From: a virus
Taxonomy: Duplodnaviria; Caudoviricetes
Virus record (IMG/VR): IMGVR_UViG_3300014204_000013
Span: 13,181 to 77,180 of that record
Reading direction: 5' to 3' (one strand)
Length of the DNA stretch: 64,000 nucleotides
The notes beneath the pieces were generated by a model. The model made no database searches and was not told the DNA's origin. It saw only the letters and a list, made by a program, of their open reading frames with translations. The first letter of the stretch is position 1. Each line of letters starts with the position of its first letter. This document shows positions 16,700 through 26,690 of this stretch, in pieces. Position numbers and translations under genes: made by a program.

Positions 16700-17887
16700 C
16701 TAAGAAGTACTATTCAGAATAGCATCCCATGTTCGAAGATTTCCGATATTAGTAGGCACAACAAACTTAGCCCATAATGTTACCTCTGAACCATTTGCAG
16801 GCACGGATACTTGATATTGAGGCATTCCGGTGTATTCGAAATCACCGGAAGTTCCGTGAAGGATAACTCCCAACCATCCTTTCCATACAGCATTTCCACG
16901 ATTTCGGACTTTGTACCCGAACCATGTCTCTGCAGGTGGTGCCTTCACATAATTACATACAGGTGCTACCATTTCCAGTGTAGCAAGTTTGGTTGCAGGC
17001 GCGTTGTTGGATACACAACTGGATATCTGGACTCCAACCTGTTTTGCAACTATGGATTCAGCCTCGGGATTATATGTCTTAGCCTGGCCTTCCAAAATCA
17101 TAGTGTTGTTGATATTTATATCATCTGGATAATACACTTGGGCGACTTGACGGTTGTAAGAATCCATGCCTTTGATAACCAATCTAACTATAGAACCTGG
17201 GGGTATGTGCTCGCCAAGCCAGGTTTTAGCAGTTCTTCCGGATTGAAATTTTAATTCCGATGAGGATATGCCTTCCAGTCTAACCGTGAATTGAGTTGTT
17301 ACGCAAAGCTGTCCAACGGGACAAATTTGATTAGCTTCAAAGGTATCTCCATCTGTTATTGAGAGAACCCTGGCTGAAATAGTTGATCCGGTTACTGGTG
17401 TTACCATTGGTAGACTTGTTAAATATGTTCCTAAAGATTCATTTATATTTTCTGTACCCTTTGTAATTATGTACGAATTACCCATTGGTGTTAATGTTAC
17501 ATTTGAACCGATTGGTAAATGCAGATTTAAGTATGATTCTGCATCTACATCATTATCTTCGGTTGTTACAATTCCATATAATGTTATACTTTTAGGAGTG
17601 TAATCACATACGTTTCCTGATATGCAATCAAGCAGAACACTTACACTTGTTCCGCTATTTATTGCTACAATTCTAGCAGTTACTTCAATACCTGTTGTAG
17701 GGGGTATGTAGGTGCTACCCAATACTGAAAACATCCAGGATATATCATTAGAATTTACATCTGAGTCATTTTCTAAATCAGATTTGATTGCTTTAAGTAA
17801 TGCAGTTGAATTTATACGCCCAGTAGCAAAAAAATTATCGGATAGCCAGGATTTGCGAGTATCGGTTATCATTTTAGACACCTCCAT
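16700..17887 (-). CDS. staphylococcal-nuclease (thermonuclease) domain protein with a second, degenerate OB/SNase domain
   Basis: SITDGDTF, VRLEGISSSE, DSYNRQVAQVY, INNTMILEGQA; the earlier repeat lacks the catalytic DGDT. Confidence 0.8.
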   Translation of the reverse strand: MEVSKMITDTRKSWLSDNFFATGRINSTALLKAIKSDLENDSDVNSNDISWMFSVLGSTYIPPTTGIEVTARIVAINSGTSVSVLLDCISGNVCDYTPKSITLYGIVTTEDNDVDAESYLNLHLPIGSNVTLTPMGNSYIITKGTENINESLGTYLTSLPMVTPVTGSTISARVLSITDGDTFEANQICPVGQLCVTTQFTVRLEGISSSELKFQSGRTAKTWLGEHIPPGSIVRLVIKGMDSYNRQVAQVYYPDDININNTMILEGQAKTYNPEAESIVAKQVGVQISSCVSNNAPATKLATLEMVAPVCNYVKAPPAETWFGYKVRNRGNAVWKGWLGVILHGTSGDFEYTGMPQYQVSVPANGSEVTLWAKFVVPTNIGNLRTWDAILNSTS

Positions 17888-20800
17888 ATGCAGTAATTAA
17901 GTTTAATACATCGATAGCTGTAAATGTCCAGGTTCCGGTTATAGTAGGACTGGCTGCAGCTTTTGCTGCAGTAGCTAATGCATTGTCAGATTGAGATATC
18001 GCATATGCATATACGATATGATCTGGATTCAGCGCATTATCCCCACCAACTGCATTTATAAATTGCTCTGCTTTGGTTAAAGTGGTTCCAGAGGATGGGT
18101 AAAGGGTGACAGATTTACGAGCTATGCTTCCGGCGTAAACTTGTACAGGGATCGTATATGACTTGTAGCCAGACTTTTGGATGGTTACGGTATGAACTCC
18201 TGCTTCGACCTCAATTATTACGTCTGTGTCGCCTATCTTTGCACCATTTTCATAGACTTCAGCACCCAGGCCTGCGGTGTCGATGAAGATTCCGGTTTGG
18301 CCGGTTGATTTGGAGTATGAGCTTCCACCGCTCTTTGAAGAATATCCGCTACCACTACCGCCACTTTTTGATCCGGTAGATGAACAGTTGTAAGTACATG
18401 CCCAATTATCTTCTTTTGATAAGAAACCTGTTATGTCTTTTCCACCGCTATTTATGTATTCTGCATATTTTCCTGTATCTAGTGTGTATTCTGCACCTCC
18501 CTCAGATGACTTCTTTTGGTTGATATCATATTGGCCTGTTACTGGATTTAGCAGTTTTCCACTTTGAATTATGCTTGAAGTGTGTGGATATCCAGTATCA
18601 TCTATCCAAGATACCGTATTACCGGATGCAGTCAATTTAAATTTGGATGGATCATTTTGCCTAGCAGTAAATGCAGCAGCTTGGGCTGCCGGCATAAATT
18701 GCTCTATTCTGGCACCAGAGTCAACCATTCCATTGGCTTTGTACTCATTGATTTTTTTAGCTAACTGTTCGGGATCACTTATAGTAGCTAAATCCGCAGC
18801 AACCATTTTATTGATTGCTTCTGCTGGAAATAAGGCTTTCATTTGGGCTGCTGTCATGTCTGGGTATGCTGTTTTGAGTTTTGCTGCATCTAAACTCCCA
18901 TCTGGCTTAATAAATGCAGATCTCCAAACCTGAGCATCACCAGGCTGGGTGCCTCCGAAAGTTGCATATCGTGTCAATGCATCCATTGTAGTTGGAGCTA
19001 CAGCTATTGTAGCCGTTTGATCAGAATTTAAACCAGTTAATGCTGTTCCTGGGGATGCACCAGTTGGGGGTAATGTTCCATCTTTAGCAGTGAGTGCTTT
19101 AGTATAAGCTTGTAATGCCATTTCAGATGTTGCCCCGCCCTTTACGACCTGGGCGTAAGCTGCACTAAAATCGTCCGTTAAAATCTTTTTGGCACCTTGG
19201 TTAGCGGCTGCCTGCATATGTCCCAGACCTACTTGAACTGCCAAAGCTGGGTCCGTTATGCCAAGACCCTGAGCGATCATATTGTTTGGGCCTATACTCC
19301 CGTCCGGTTGGATATCATAGACTCTACCAGTGAAATCTGCATCCCAATATTGAACTTTATCGGGGTTGGCTGCAAAATAAGCTGGCCATTCGCTTTCTGG
19401 ACGAATTTTACCCCAACATCCAGGACCTTGGGTACATCCTACGTCTGGTATCCATAGACCAGCATTGGTGATTTTTCCGAGTTTGTCTTTTATTTGTGCG
19501 TTTGCTGCATAATCCATGTACCATTTGAAACCAATAGCTGCAGGAAACAGCATGGAAAAACCAGGGATATTTTCCAATGCCCAATCAAATGGAGCAAGCA
19601 TATCATTTATTTTATTCATTGCGGGTAGACCAGTTTCATTCATCTGTTTGGCAAATTGATCTATAGGTGAATTGAATCCAACCATCTGAATCAAAGACTG
19701 GGTGCCTTCTTCTGCAGCGAAGTAAATGAAGAATGCACCGTTTACTGCTAAATAAGTTGCTACTACCCCAGTTACTGCTCTTAGTTTATGAGTGGCTACC
19801 CATTTAGCTGCTTTTCCAGCAGATCCGATTACAGTTCCTCGAATGAACCTACTGAATGTGCTTCTGGGCAATGTTGCTTGAATTTCGGCTAGTTTTTCCA
19901 TATCTTCGATAGTGTAGATCCGTTTGGTGTAAAGCTGATCTACGAAATCTTTAGCGCCTTTACTTAGGTTTGCAAATTTTGGATCGGATTTTACAGATGC
20001 GATAATTGCATCTTGAGCAGCCTTTTGGAATTGAGTTGCAACGTCTGGATTGATATCGTAAACTTTATTGAAAGCTTCATCTGCAAATTTTTCATCTTTC
20101 AATGCAGTTTTGACATCGGTATCTGATAGCAACTTTCGAAGCTCTGATGTTTTGTCTGCAATAGATGAATCTAATATGCTGTTGATCTTCATTCTTCCAA
20201 GATCGGAGCTTACTGATATCCCCTCATAGGCTTTTGCATTATCAAATATACGTTCCATTTGCTGGTAATCCGTTTGACTGAGTGCTCTGGTCTTTGCTTT
20301 GCTTATTAGTTCTTGATCAGATCTTGTCATCTTTGTGATGGTACTATCTGTAATACGATTAGCAGCACCCTGGTAGTTAAGGCCCATGATCTTTTCTGCC
20401 TGGGAGCGATCACTGCCGAGCTTTGATGCAATTTTGGATGCTAGATCTTCTGCTTCTGATCGGGACATGTTTTGAATTGTCTCGATAAGGGCTTCATCTT
20501 TGGATATTAGGTTTTCAAATGCCTTTTTACCTTCTGAAACTGGTAAATTGTTTAATTCGGTAAGCAATTCGTTGATTTTACCAGTACCTGTTCTGATGTT
20601 GGATGCTTTGGCCTTTGAGATAGCCAAATCGTCCCATTGGGCTTTATTATATGCTTTAAGTTTAGATTCTGCTGCAGTCAGCCTTCCTTTGGCAGCTACT
20701 TTTTCAGCAGCCAAAGCTTTGTTTTTTGGATCTGCGGATGCCTTTGCTGAAGCTGTAGCGTAATCATCGCTAAGTTTAGCTACCTCGTCTGCTGAATTGA

Positions 20801-23800
20801 TGATATTAGATCTGGTTGCTTCAAGCTTTGCTGCAGCTTCAGAATATTCAGATGCTAATGTAGTCGGGGATATTGTTTCGGAAATAGTCTGGGGTATTTC
20901 TTGTACGGCAGGTTCTGGTATTATTTCTGTTTGTATTGATTCTTCTGGTGATGATCTGAGATTGTCGATCATGTTTGATCGGGATTCATCTAAATATTTT
21001 GTGAGATATGGTAGATCATCGCCTGATAGGTTCCGTATTTCGTTAGCATTGGATTCTATGAATGTTCTAAATTCATCTGCACCCAGGGCCTGGATATCTG
21101 TGCCGGCCAGGCCTACAACTCGGATGGCATCACGTTCAATTACGTTCACGGTTTTTCCGAGCTGGAAAGCTCCGGATTTGCTTGCTTCTCGAACTGTGCT
21201 CCAAACTAGACCGCTGGGGGTCATGAGATCGATTTTAACGAACTCTTGAGTCATGTCGCTGGTTAAACCACCAGAACTGGTTAGACCTGACCATTCTGCC
21301 TCTGAAGCAGCATATGGGTCAGCCTTAGTGATAGATATGACTTTGCTTCCATCTGCATCTGCTGGTATTTGGAATTGAGTTTGAACATTGGTTGGTTTTT
21401 CCCAGAAGTACATATCGATTGGTTTTACTGCAAAGTTGATTGCTTCGTCTGCAGTAGTTATTAGATCGCTTTTTCGGATAAATGAAATTGATCCTTCTGG
21501 TGATTTAACTATCCAACCGGGAAGTTTTTTGTATGTATATTCGACAGCTAGAGCACCATCACTTCCTGCAGTAAATACGCCACTGTTGAATGATTTGGCA
21601 AATGCAGTTTCCATAGTCGATGATGTAGGTGATTTTGGGGTTGAAATTAGGATGTCACTATACTTGTTATTTCCAAGTACCAATTCAGCCAGTCCATAAT
21701 CTGAATTTTGCGAAGTCCACCAGGTGGGCATTTCGGATATGAGAGATTTGGCTGATTTAAGGGCTTCTACGATTTTGTCCCAGGTTTGGGTTGCTTGGAG
21801 AGTCCAGGACCCTTTCAAAGAGTTGAATTTATTTAACAGGTTTGAAATGGTACTAGGTTCTCCTGCATAATATCCTAGTTCGGCTTGGATGATATTTTTG
21901 CTTTCATCTGGGATGGTGGTGTATTCATCCATAGCAAGCAATTTTCCAATGTTCTCTTCAGCTTTGGTTTGATGAACGATTATTTCTTTTTCAGGTGGTA
22001 GACCGGATAATTTGATTTCTGAATCCGACATCTGGCTAATTGCATCTCTATTGCCAGTTACCATGTTTTCGAAATCATTCATTGGCATGAGATTGGCTGA
22101 AGTTTCTCCTCCGGTAGCTGCATCGAAGGCTGCCTGGCCCTCTGGTGACATTTGAGATCTGAGGAATTGTGCTCGGGATATCTCGGCTTCAGTTAGAGAT
22201 TCACCGTTCTTGGCTTTGACTAGAATCTGGGTGTCTGATTCGGATTTTATGATTCGGTCAAAGTCAGAAGTTTGCACAAATTGGTCCCAGGCGCTTAGGG
22301 TTTGTTCGGCACCACCAGTCCTGGTTGCCACTTGAGCAACTGAATTATCATAGGCATACTGCAGGTTTGGAACATATGATGAATAATCTGATGGGGTTTG
22401 ATAGGTTGAAACTTGCGTTGGGGTGGGTGTATTTCGGGCAGCAAGGTATGCAGCATATTCATCTGGTGTTTGTCTTACATTGGTATATGGGTTTAGGATT
22501 GAGAATGTTCCATCAGAATTCTTAAAGTAGTAATATCCTTCTGGGTTCCAGATGGGTGTTTCTGCCGATCCGATTAGCTTAACATAGACATCTTTTTCCA
22601 GCCAGTTTCCAGTCTGTGGGTCCATGTATTGGACTGCCTTAGTAGCATCGTTGGTTCTGATTCTGGCATTATTCATAGAGCTGTCTACGCCATATGTGAA
22701 TGTTGGGTTGTTGAGTGCGATGGCGGCCCGTTCTGCGTCTAACTGGGCCTTTGTCACCCAACCCCCTGCAGAGTCCTGGTACATGGTTACGTCATATAAT
22801 CCCGTAGTTGGATTTTTAGTTAGTTTGGTGTAAGTATTGGTGGTTGCATCATATTTGGCTCTGCGGGCTTCATTACGGGTGGTTAAGAGTGATTCGTACT
22901 CTTTGGTAGACATTATTGCACTGGTTTCGGGATCTTTAACTTCCCACGTTTTTCCACCATCTAGACTGCGGATTTCAGCTCCCCAATCCGAATTCATGGT
23001 CCAGGTTGAGTAATCTGTTGCCCCAGTGGTAGTTCCTCCACTATAACCTTCACTACCGCCCATTCCTCCACTGCCTTCTCCACCCATGCCGCCGCTACCT
23101 TCCCCATACATATCTTCGGCCCTGGCTGCCCATTCTGCTTCTTCAGAGGCTAGAGTGGGTTCCGCACCATTGGATGCTATTTTAGTTTCATAGTCGGATT
23201 GAGCTGCGGCTTGCTTAATTTCGTCAGTGAGTGTTGCGGTAGGAGCTTTAACTGATACTGTTCCTTTAAGTCCAGATTCCGGATCCGCCCAGGATACATG
23301 AAATACGTTATCAGCTTCATTTACGGACGAAGTTAATTTTACAACACTTGCATGCCCAGTTTCATCTACTTCTTGTACACTCAATATTCCTTTTACATTT
23401 GGATCATAGTCTTCAGCAACGGAAAGGAATCTAGGGTTGGTTTTACTGCCATAGTTGATGTATTTTTGACCATCGGCACCTCTATATACACCTTGACCGA
23501 GATCTTCTGTAAGTTGTATATCATTTGCAGTTAATGGTTTGTATTCTGTAGGACTACTTCCATATTTTGCAACATCTTTTGCAATAGACTCTTCTAATTG
23601 TTTTAGTGATGCTGCAGTGGTTTCACTTATGCTTTTGGTTGGTGTAACTGTCGATGTAGATTGTTTAACTTTAATTTTTCCATCAGGACCCATTTCCAAA
23701 GTAGCCTTGGGTGTTTCGAATTTGGTGGATTCAGATGATATTGTCTTGGTTTTTGGGGTTCTAGAAAGATCAGATTCGATATCAAAGGTTTCTTTACCGA

Positions 23801-26462
23801 TGGTTGCTTTAATTTTAGAAGTTGCAGGGTCTATTGACGCTTTGCCTACTTCTATTCCATTTTCTAATATTTTTCCTTCTCGGGTTAATTCTAATGCTTT
23901 TGCAGCCAGTTTTCCAGTAGTGGTGACTGGTTTCATTGGAATTAATCCAGCTAAAACTAGGTTTGCACCAGGACTTAGTGTTACTGCGTCATAGAATAAT
24001 GAAATCGCATCAATAGAATGTGCATTTCCAAAATCTTCCATATTTTCAAAGGTATTTATGTTAAATCGAAGATCTGGATTGTTTGAATTTAAGTCTCGGT
24101 TATATTGTTCTAATTCGGTTTTACTCATGGCACTTTGGATAACTGGTTCAAATTTATCACCCAATTCCTGGGAGATTTTATTTCTCAATTGAGTATCGGT
24201 TGATGCTCCTAATAGAACTCTCGGATTGCTTTTTGCAATTTTATCTAAATCAGATGCACTTGCAGATTTGATTGCATCTGAAAATATCTCATATGAAGTT
24301 ACTCCACCTACAGACGGGATATTTCTAAGGGATACGCCGGGTGCAGTTAATTGTTTAAGAATCATGTCCTTTGCAAGTATTCCTTCTACAGTATCCTGTA
24401 ACTCATATCCATTTGGGTATTCTGGTCTATTTACTTTTCCGAATAAATTGCCTAGATAGGATACGGTTTTTCCTATGATACTTGTATCTTGTGATTCCGC
24501 TGCTTGTTTTTGGGCAGCCGTTAGAGGAACAATTTTACCAAGTCCTGCCTGTACCATTCTTTCTTCATATGGTAGGAGCGCAGTTTTAGCTTCGGTTATA
24601 AGACTACCAGGTTCCCCGAAATCTGCAACTGGAACACTTGCAACGGGCGCGGTGGCTATCTTTTCAAGTACTTTTGTACCCAAATCGGCGGTTTCGGCTT
24701 CGGTAAGTCCAATAAATTTGGCTTTGGCTAATGCCCATTCAGGTACTGCAGTAGGTATATTATTTGAATTTTTTACAACTGTAGGTTCTACATAAAATAG
24801 GCTTTTATCGATTACTGCATCTGGTCTATATGATTTTAAATCTAATGTGATTTTTCCAGTTTCTTTTCCCGCATTAACACCTGCGCCGCTTCCTAATGTT
24901 TGTGGTACTATTCCCATTTTTCCACTGGCCATCGCAGTGGCCATTTGGGTATCAGACCAACCAGTGGCTTTTAATGAAGTATATACGTCTGGATCAACTT
25001 TAACAATTGTTCCAGTACTAGATTTTATCGATATTGCGTTTTTAATAGTTGATTTTGATGATATTACATCATTTCCAATTGAGCCTGTGTTATCAAAATC
25101 CAATGCTCCTGCAGCTTGGGCTTCTGCTTTAGTTCTTGCATCTTTTTGAGCTTGGGTTTCGGGTTCTGCTTTTTTAGTAGTGCTGGGTTTGGATGGTGCT
25201 TTAGTTTTATCATTGGTAATAGATCCGGGTGGGTTAGCTGCAGGAATGGCATCTGATTTTCCAGAACTTTTCTTAATGTCTTGAATGGTTTTTTCTAACG
25301 GGGTTGGATTTACCAAATCGAATCCGGGTATATTCATTGATTCAGTTCCACCCACGCTCATGATACCCAATTTGGTTTTACCGGCTTCTATTCGGGCATT
25401 GGCTGCAGCAGTCGCACCATTTTTGACAATGCTCGACAATTTTGATATTAGGGCTTCGTGGTCATTCTTGACCGTGGCATCCGATGCAATTTTCATGTTT
25501 ATTACGTTATCATTTGCCACTGAAGCTACGGTTTTTAGATTTCGTGCATCTGACGTAGATGCCGCCTTTTTCATTCCAGACGTAACCAAATTCGATATGG
25601 ATTTTATTGCATTTATTGCGGTTATATTGTTTACCTCATTGGTAGCAACGGATTTAGTGGTAATTGTGTTAATTCTAGCCTTTGATAATGTGGATAAAGA
25701 GGATAGTTGTGGAGCAATGAGCTGATTAAAATTCTCTGAAGCGTTTTGACCACTTAATGCCTTTGCCACTATGGAATTTATTTTAGCGGTAACATCTTCA
25801 TTGTCTGCTATTTTTGCACCATTTACCCAATTAAGGTCAGTACGACCTGCAATAGTAGCTGATGCTTTGTTTGCAACGTCTACTATTTTTTTAACTGTAT
25901 CGTTGATGGTGGGTGATAATGTGGGAATTGTAACGGTTGGTGTGTTAAGTAAGCTATTGGTGGGGATGGTTGTTATTTTAGGAGCAGATGCTTTTGATTC
26001 TGCTAATATAGCTGCAAGGGTTTGAGTTACAGTCGGTGCGGGTGGTTTGACAGGTTCAACTACTCCGGGTACACTGGATAGCTGAATTGCTATTGGTTTA
26101 ACTGAAACTGGTGATAAATTTTCCTGTAAAGTAAGATTGGTTCGAGCATTACTAACTTGTACTGCTGTTTGTAAGGTTTTATTTACTACTACAGATGGGA
26201 TAGGAGTTGGTGTTTTTACCGTAGTAAGAGGTTTTAAACTTGGATTACGATCAATTAATGTTTGCTGCGCCGAGGATACCGACGCGGTGGGTGTAGGAAC
26301 TAACCTAGTCTGTGTAACGTATGATACACCAGAAGGAGCAGCTACTGCAGGCCTGGAAACCGCAGGTGGATTATATACCGATACAGGAGTTGAAGATTTA
26401 ATTCCAGAGGACCCGCCAATGGAAACTGTAGCTCTGGATCCTCCACTAAGTTGGATTACCAT
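17874..26462 (-). CDS. giant 2862-aa protein: low-complexity leader, helical middle, hydrophobic segment, C-terminal PEGA domain
   Basis: Uninterrupted ORF; TM-like LRAVTGVVATYLAVNGAFFIYFAA (~19705-19785); PEGA-like GIFIDT..GAEVY..G..IG....GVHTVTIQKSGY (~18105-18300). Confidence 0.8.
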   Translation of the reverse strand: MVIQLSGGSRATVSIGGSSGIKSSTPVSVYNPPAVSRPAVAAPSGVSYVTQTRLVPTPTASVSSAQQTLIDRNPSLKPLTTVKTPTPIPSVVVNKTLQTAVQVSNARTNLTLQENLSPVSVKPIAIQLSSVPGVVEPVKPPAPTVTQTLAAILAESKASAPKITTIPTNSLLNTPTVTIPTLSPTINDTVKKIVDVANKASATIAGRTDLNWVNGAKIADNEDVTAKINSIVAKALSGQNASENFNQLIAPQLSSLSTLSKARINTITTKSVATNEVNNITAINAIKSISNLVTSGMKKAASTSDARNLKTVASVANDNVINMKIASDATVKNDHEALISKLSSIVKNGATAAANARIEAGKTKLGIMSVGGTESMNIPGFDLVNPTPLEKTIQDIKKSSGKSDAIPAANPPGSITNDKTKAPSKPSTTKKAEPETQAQKDARTKAEAQAAGALDFDNTGSIGNDVISSKSTIKNAISIKSSTGTIVKVDPDVYTSLKATGWSDTQMATAMASGKMGIVPQTLGSGAGVNAGKETGKITLDLKSYRPDAVIDKSLFYVEPTVVKNSNNIPTAVPEWALAKAKFIGLTEAETADLGTKVLEKIATAPVASVPVADFGEPGSLITEAKTALLPYEERMVQAGLGKIVPLTAAQKQAAESQDTSIIGKTVSYLGNLFGKVNRPEYPNGYELQDTVEGILAKDMILKQLTAPGVSLRNIPSVGGVTSYEIFSDAIKSASASDLDKIAKSNPRVLLGASTDTQLRNKISQELGDKFEPVIQSAMSKTELEQYNRDLNSNNPDLRFNINTFENMEDFGNAHSIDAISLFYDAVTLSPGANLVLAGLIPMKPVTTTGKLAAKALELTREGKILENGIEVGKASIDPATSKIKATIGKETFDIESDLSRTPKTKTISSESTKFETPKATLEMGPDGKIKVKQSTSTVTPTKSISETTAASLKQLEESIAKDVAKYGSSPTEYKPLTANDIQLTEDLGQGVYRGADGQKYINYGSKTNPRFLSVAEDYDPNVKGILSVQEVDETGHASVVKLTSSVNEADNVFHVSWADPESGLKGTVSVKAPTATLTDEIKQAAAQSDYETKIASNGAEPTLASEEAEWAARAEDMYGEGSGGMGGEGSGGMGGSEGYSGGTTTGATDYSTWTMNSDWGAEIRSLDGGKTWEVKDPETSAIMSTKEYESLLTTRNEARRAKYDATTNTYTKLTKNPTTGLYDVTMYQDSAGGWVTKAQLDAERAAIALNNPTFTYGVDSSMNNARIRTNDATKAVQYMDPQTGNWLEKDVYVKLIGSAETPIWNPEGYYYFKNSDGTFSILNPYTNVRQTPDEYAAYLAARNTPTPTQVSTYQTPSDYSSYVPNLQYAYDNSVAQVATRTGGAEQTLSAWDQFVQTSDFDRIIKSESDTQILVKAKNGESLTEAEISRAQFLRSQMSPEGQAAFDAATGGETSANLMPMNDFENMVTGNRDAISQMSDSEIKLSGLPPEKEIIVHQTKAEENIGKLLAMDEYTTIPDESKNIIQAELGYYAGEPSTISNLLNKFNSLKGSWTLQATQTWDKIVEALKSAKSLISEMPTWWTSQNSDYGLAELVLGNNKYSDILISTPKSPTSSTMETAFAKSFNSGVFTAGSDGALAVEYTYKKLPGWIVKSPEGSISFIRKSDLITTADEAINFAVKPIDMYFWEKPTNVQTQFQIPADADGSKVISITKADPYAASEAEWSGLTSSGGLTSDMTQEFVKIDLMTPSGLVWSTVREASKSGAFQLGKTVNVIERDAIRVVGLAGTDIQALGADEFRTFIESNANEIRNLSGDDLPYLTKYLDESRSNMIDNLRSSPEESIQTEIIPEPAVQEIPQTISETISPTTLASEYSEAAAKLEATRSNIINSADEVAKLSDDYATASAKASADPKNKALAAEKVAAKGRLTAAESKLKAYNKAQWDDLAISKAKASNIRTGTGKINELLTELNNLPVSEGKKAFENLISKDEALIETIQNMSRSEAEDLASKIASKLGSDRSQAEKIMGLNYQGAANRITDSTITKMTRSDQELISKAKTRALSQTDYQQMERIFDNAKAYEGISVSSDLGRMKINSILDSSIADKTSELRKLLSDTDVKTALKDEKFADEAFNKVYDINPDVATQFQKAAQDAIIASVKSDPKFANLSKGAKDFVDQLYTKRIYTIEDMEKLAEIQATLPRSTFSRFIRGTVIGSAGKAAKWVATHKLRAVTGVVATYLAVNGAFFIYFAAEEGTQSLIQMVGFNSPIDQFAKQMNETGLPAMNKINDMLAPFDWALENIPGFSMLFPAAIGFKWYMDYAANAQIKDKLGKITNAGLWIPDVGCTQGPGCWGKIRPESEWPAYFAANPDKVQYWDADFTGRVYDIQPDGSIGPNNMIAQGLGITDPALAVQVGLGHMQAAANQGAKKILTDDFSAAYAQVVKGGATSEMALQAYTKALTAKDGTLPPTGASPGTALTGLNSDQTATIAVAPTTMDALTRYATFGGTQPGDAQVWRSAFIKPDGSLDAAKLKTAYPDMTAAQMKALFPAEAINKMVAADLATISDPEQLAKKINEYKANGMVDSGARIEQFMPAAQAAAFTARQNDPSKFKLTASGNTVSWIDDTGYPHTSSIIQSGKLLNPVTGQYDINQKKSSEGGAEYTLDTGKYAEYINSGGKDITGFLSKEDNWACTYNCSSTGSKSGGSGSGYSSKSGGSSYSKSTGQTGIFIDTAGLGAEVYENGAKIGDTDVIIEVEAGVHTVTIQKSGYKSYTIPVQVYAGSIARKSVTLYPSSGTTLTKAEQFINAVGGDNALNPDHIVYAYAISQSDNALATAAKAAASPTITGTWTFTAIDVLNLITAYGGV

Positions 26463-26560
26463 TACTTTTTCTCCTTAGCGAGGCGTTTTAATGCTTCTTT
26501 GAGATCCTTATCCACTTGCTCATTGGCCTTTCTTGCAGCTTCCTTCAGGTCTTTATCCAT
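26462..26560 (-). CDS. 32-aa charged helical micro-protein
   Basis: MDKDLKEAARKANEQVDKDLKEALKRLAKEKK; TAATG stop/start overlap with the giant ORF. Confidence 0.5.
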   Translation of the reverse strand: MDKDLKEAARKANEQVDKDLKEALKRLAKEKK

Positions 26561-26690
26561 GTCAATCACTTATCCAACCATTGTATCTAAGAACTATAAA
26601 TAGAAGCAACATAGATAAGTCTTATGCAAATAAAAGTGCAATGTGGACCCATTGAAATGGTAGAGATGCCCCAACTTCGCGATTTCGGAG

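Noticed and set aside
17874-26462. Classical tail tape-measure protein
   Set aside because: No neighbouring tail tube, chaperone or baseplate genes recognised, and PEGA plus the leader are atypical; cannot be fully excluded
7100-26478. Numerous long antisense ORFs (e.g. 7100..7561, 20797..21249, 23539..23994, 25285..25725)
   Set aside because: Shadow frames of low-complexity or biased real genes on the opposite strand; no independent motifs or promoters
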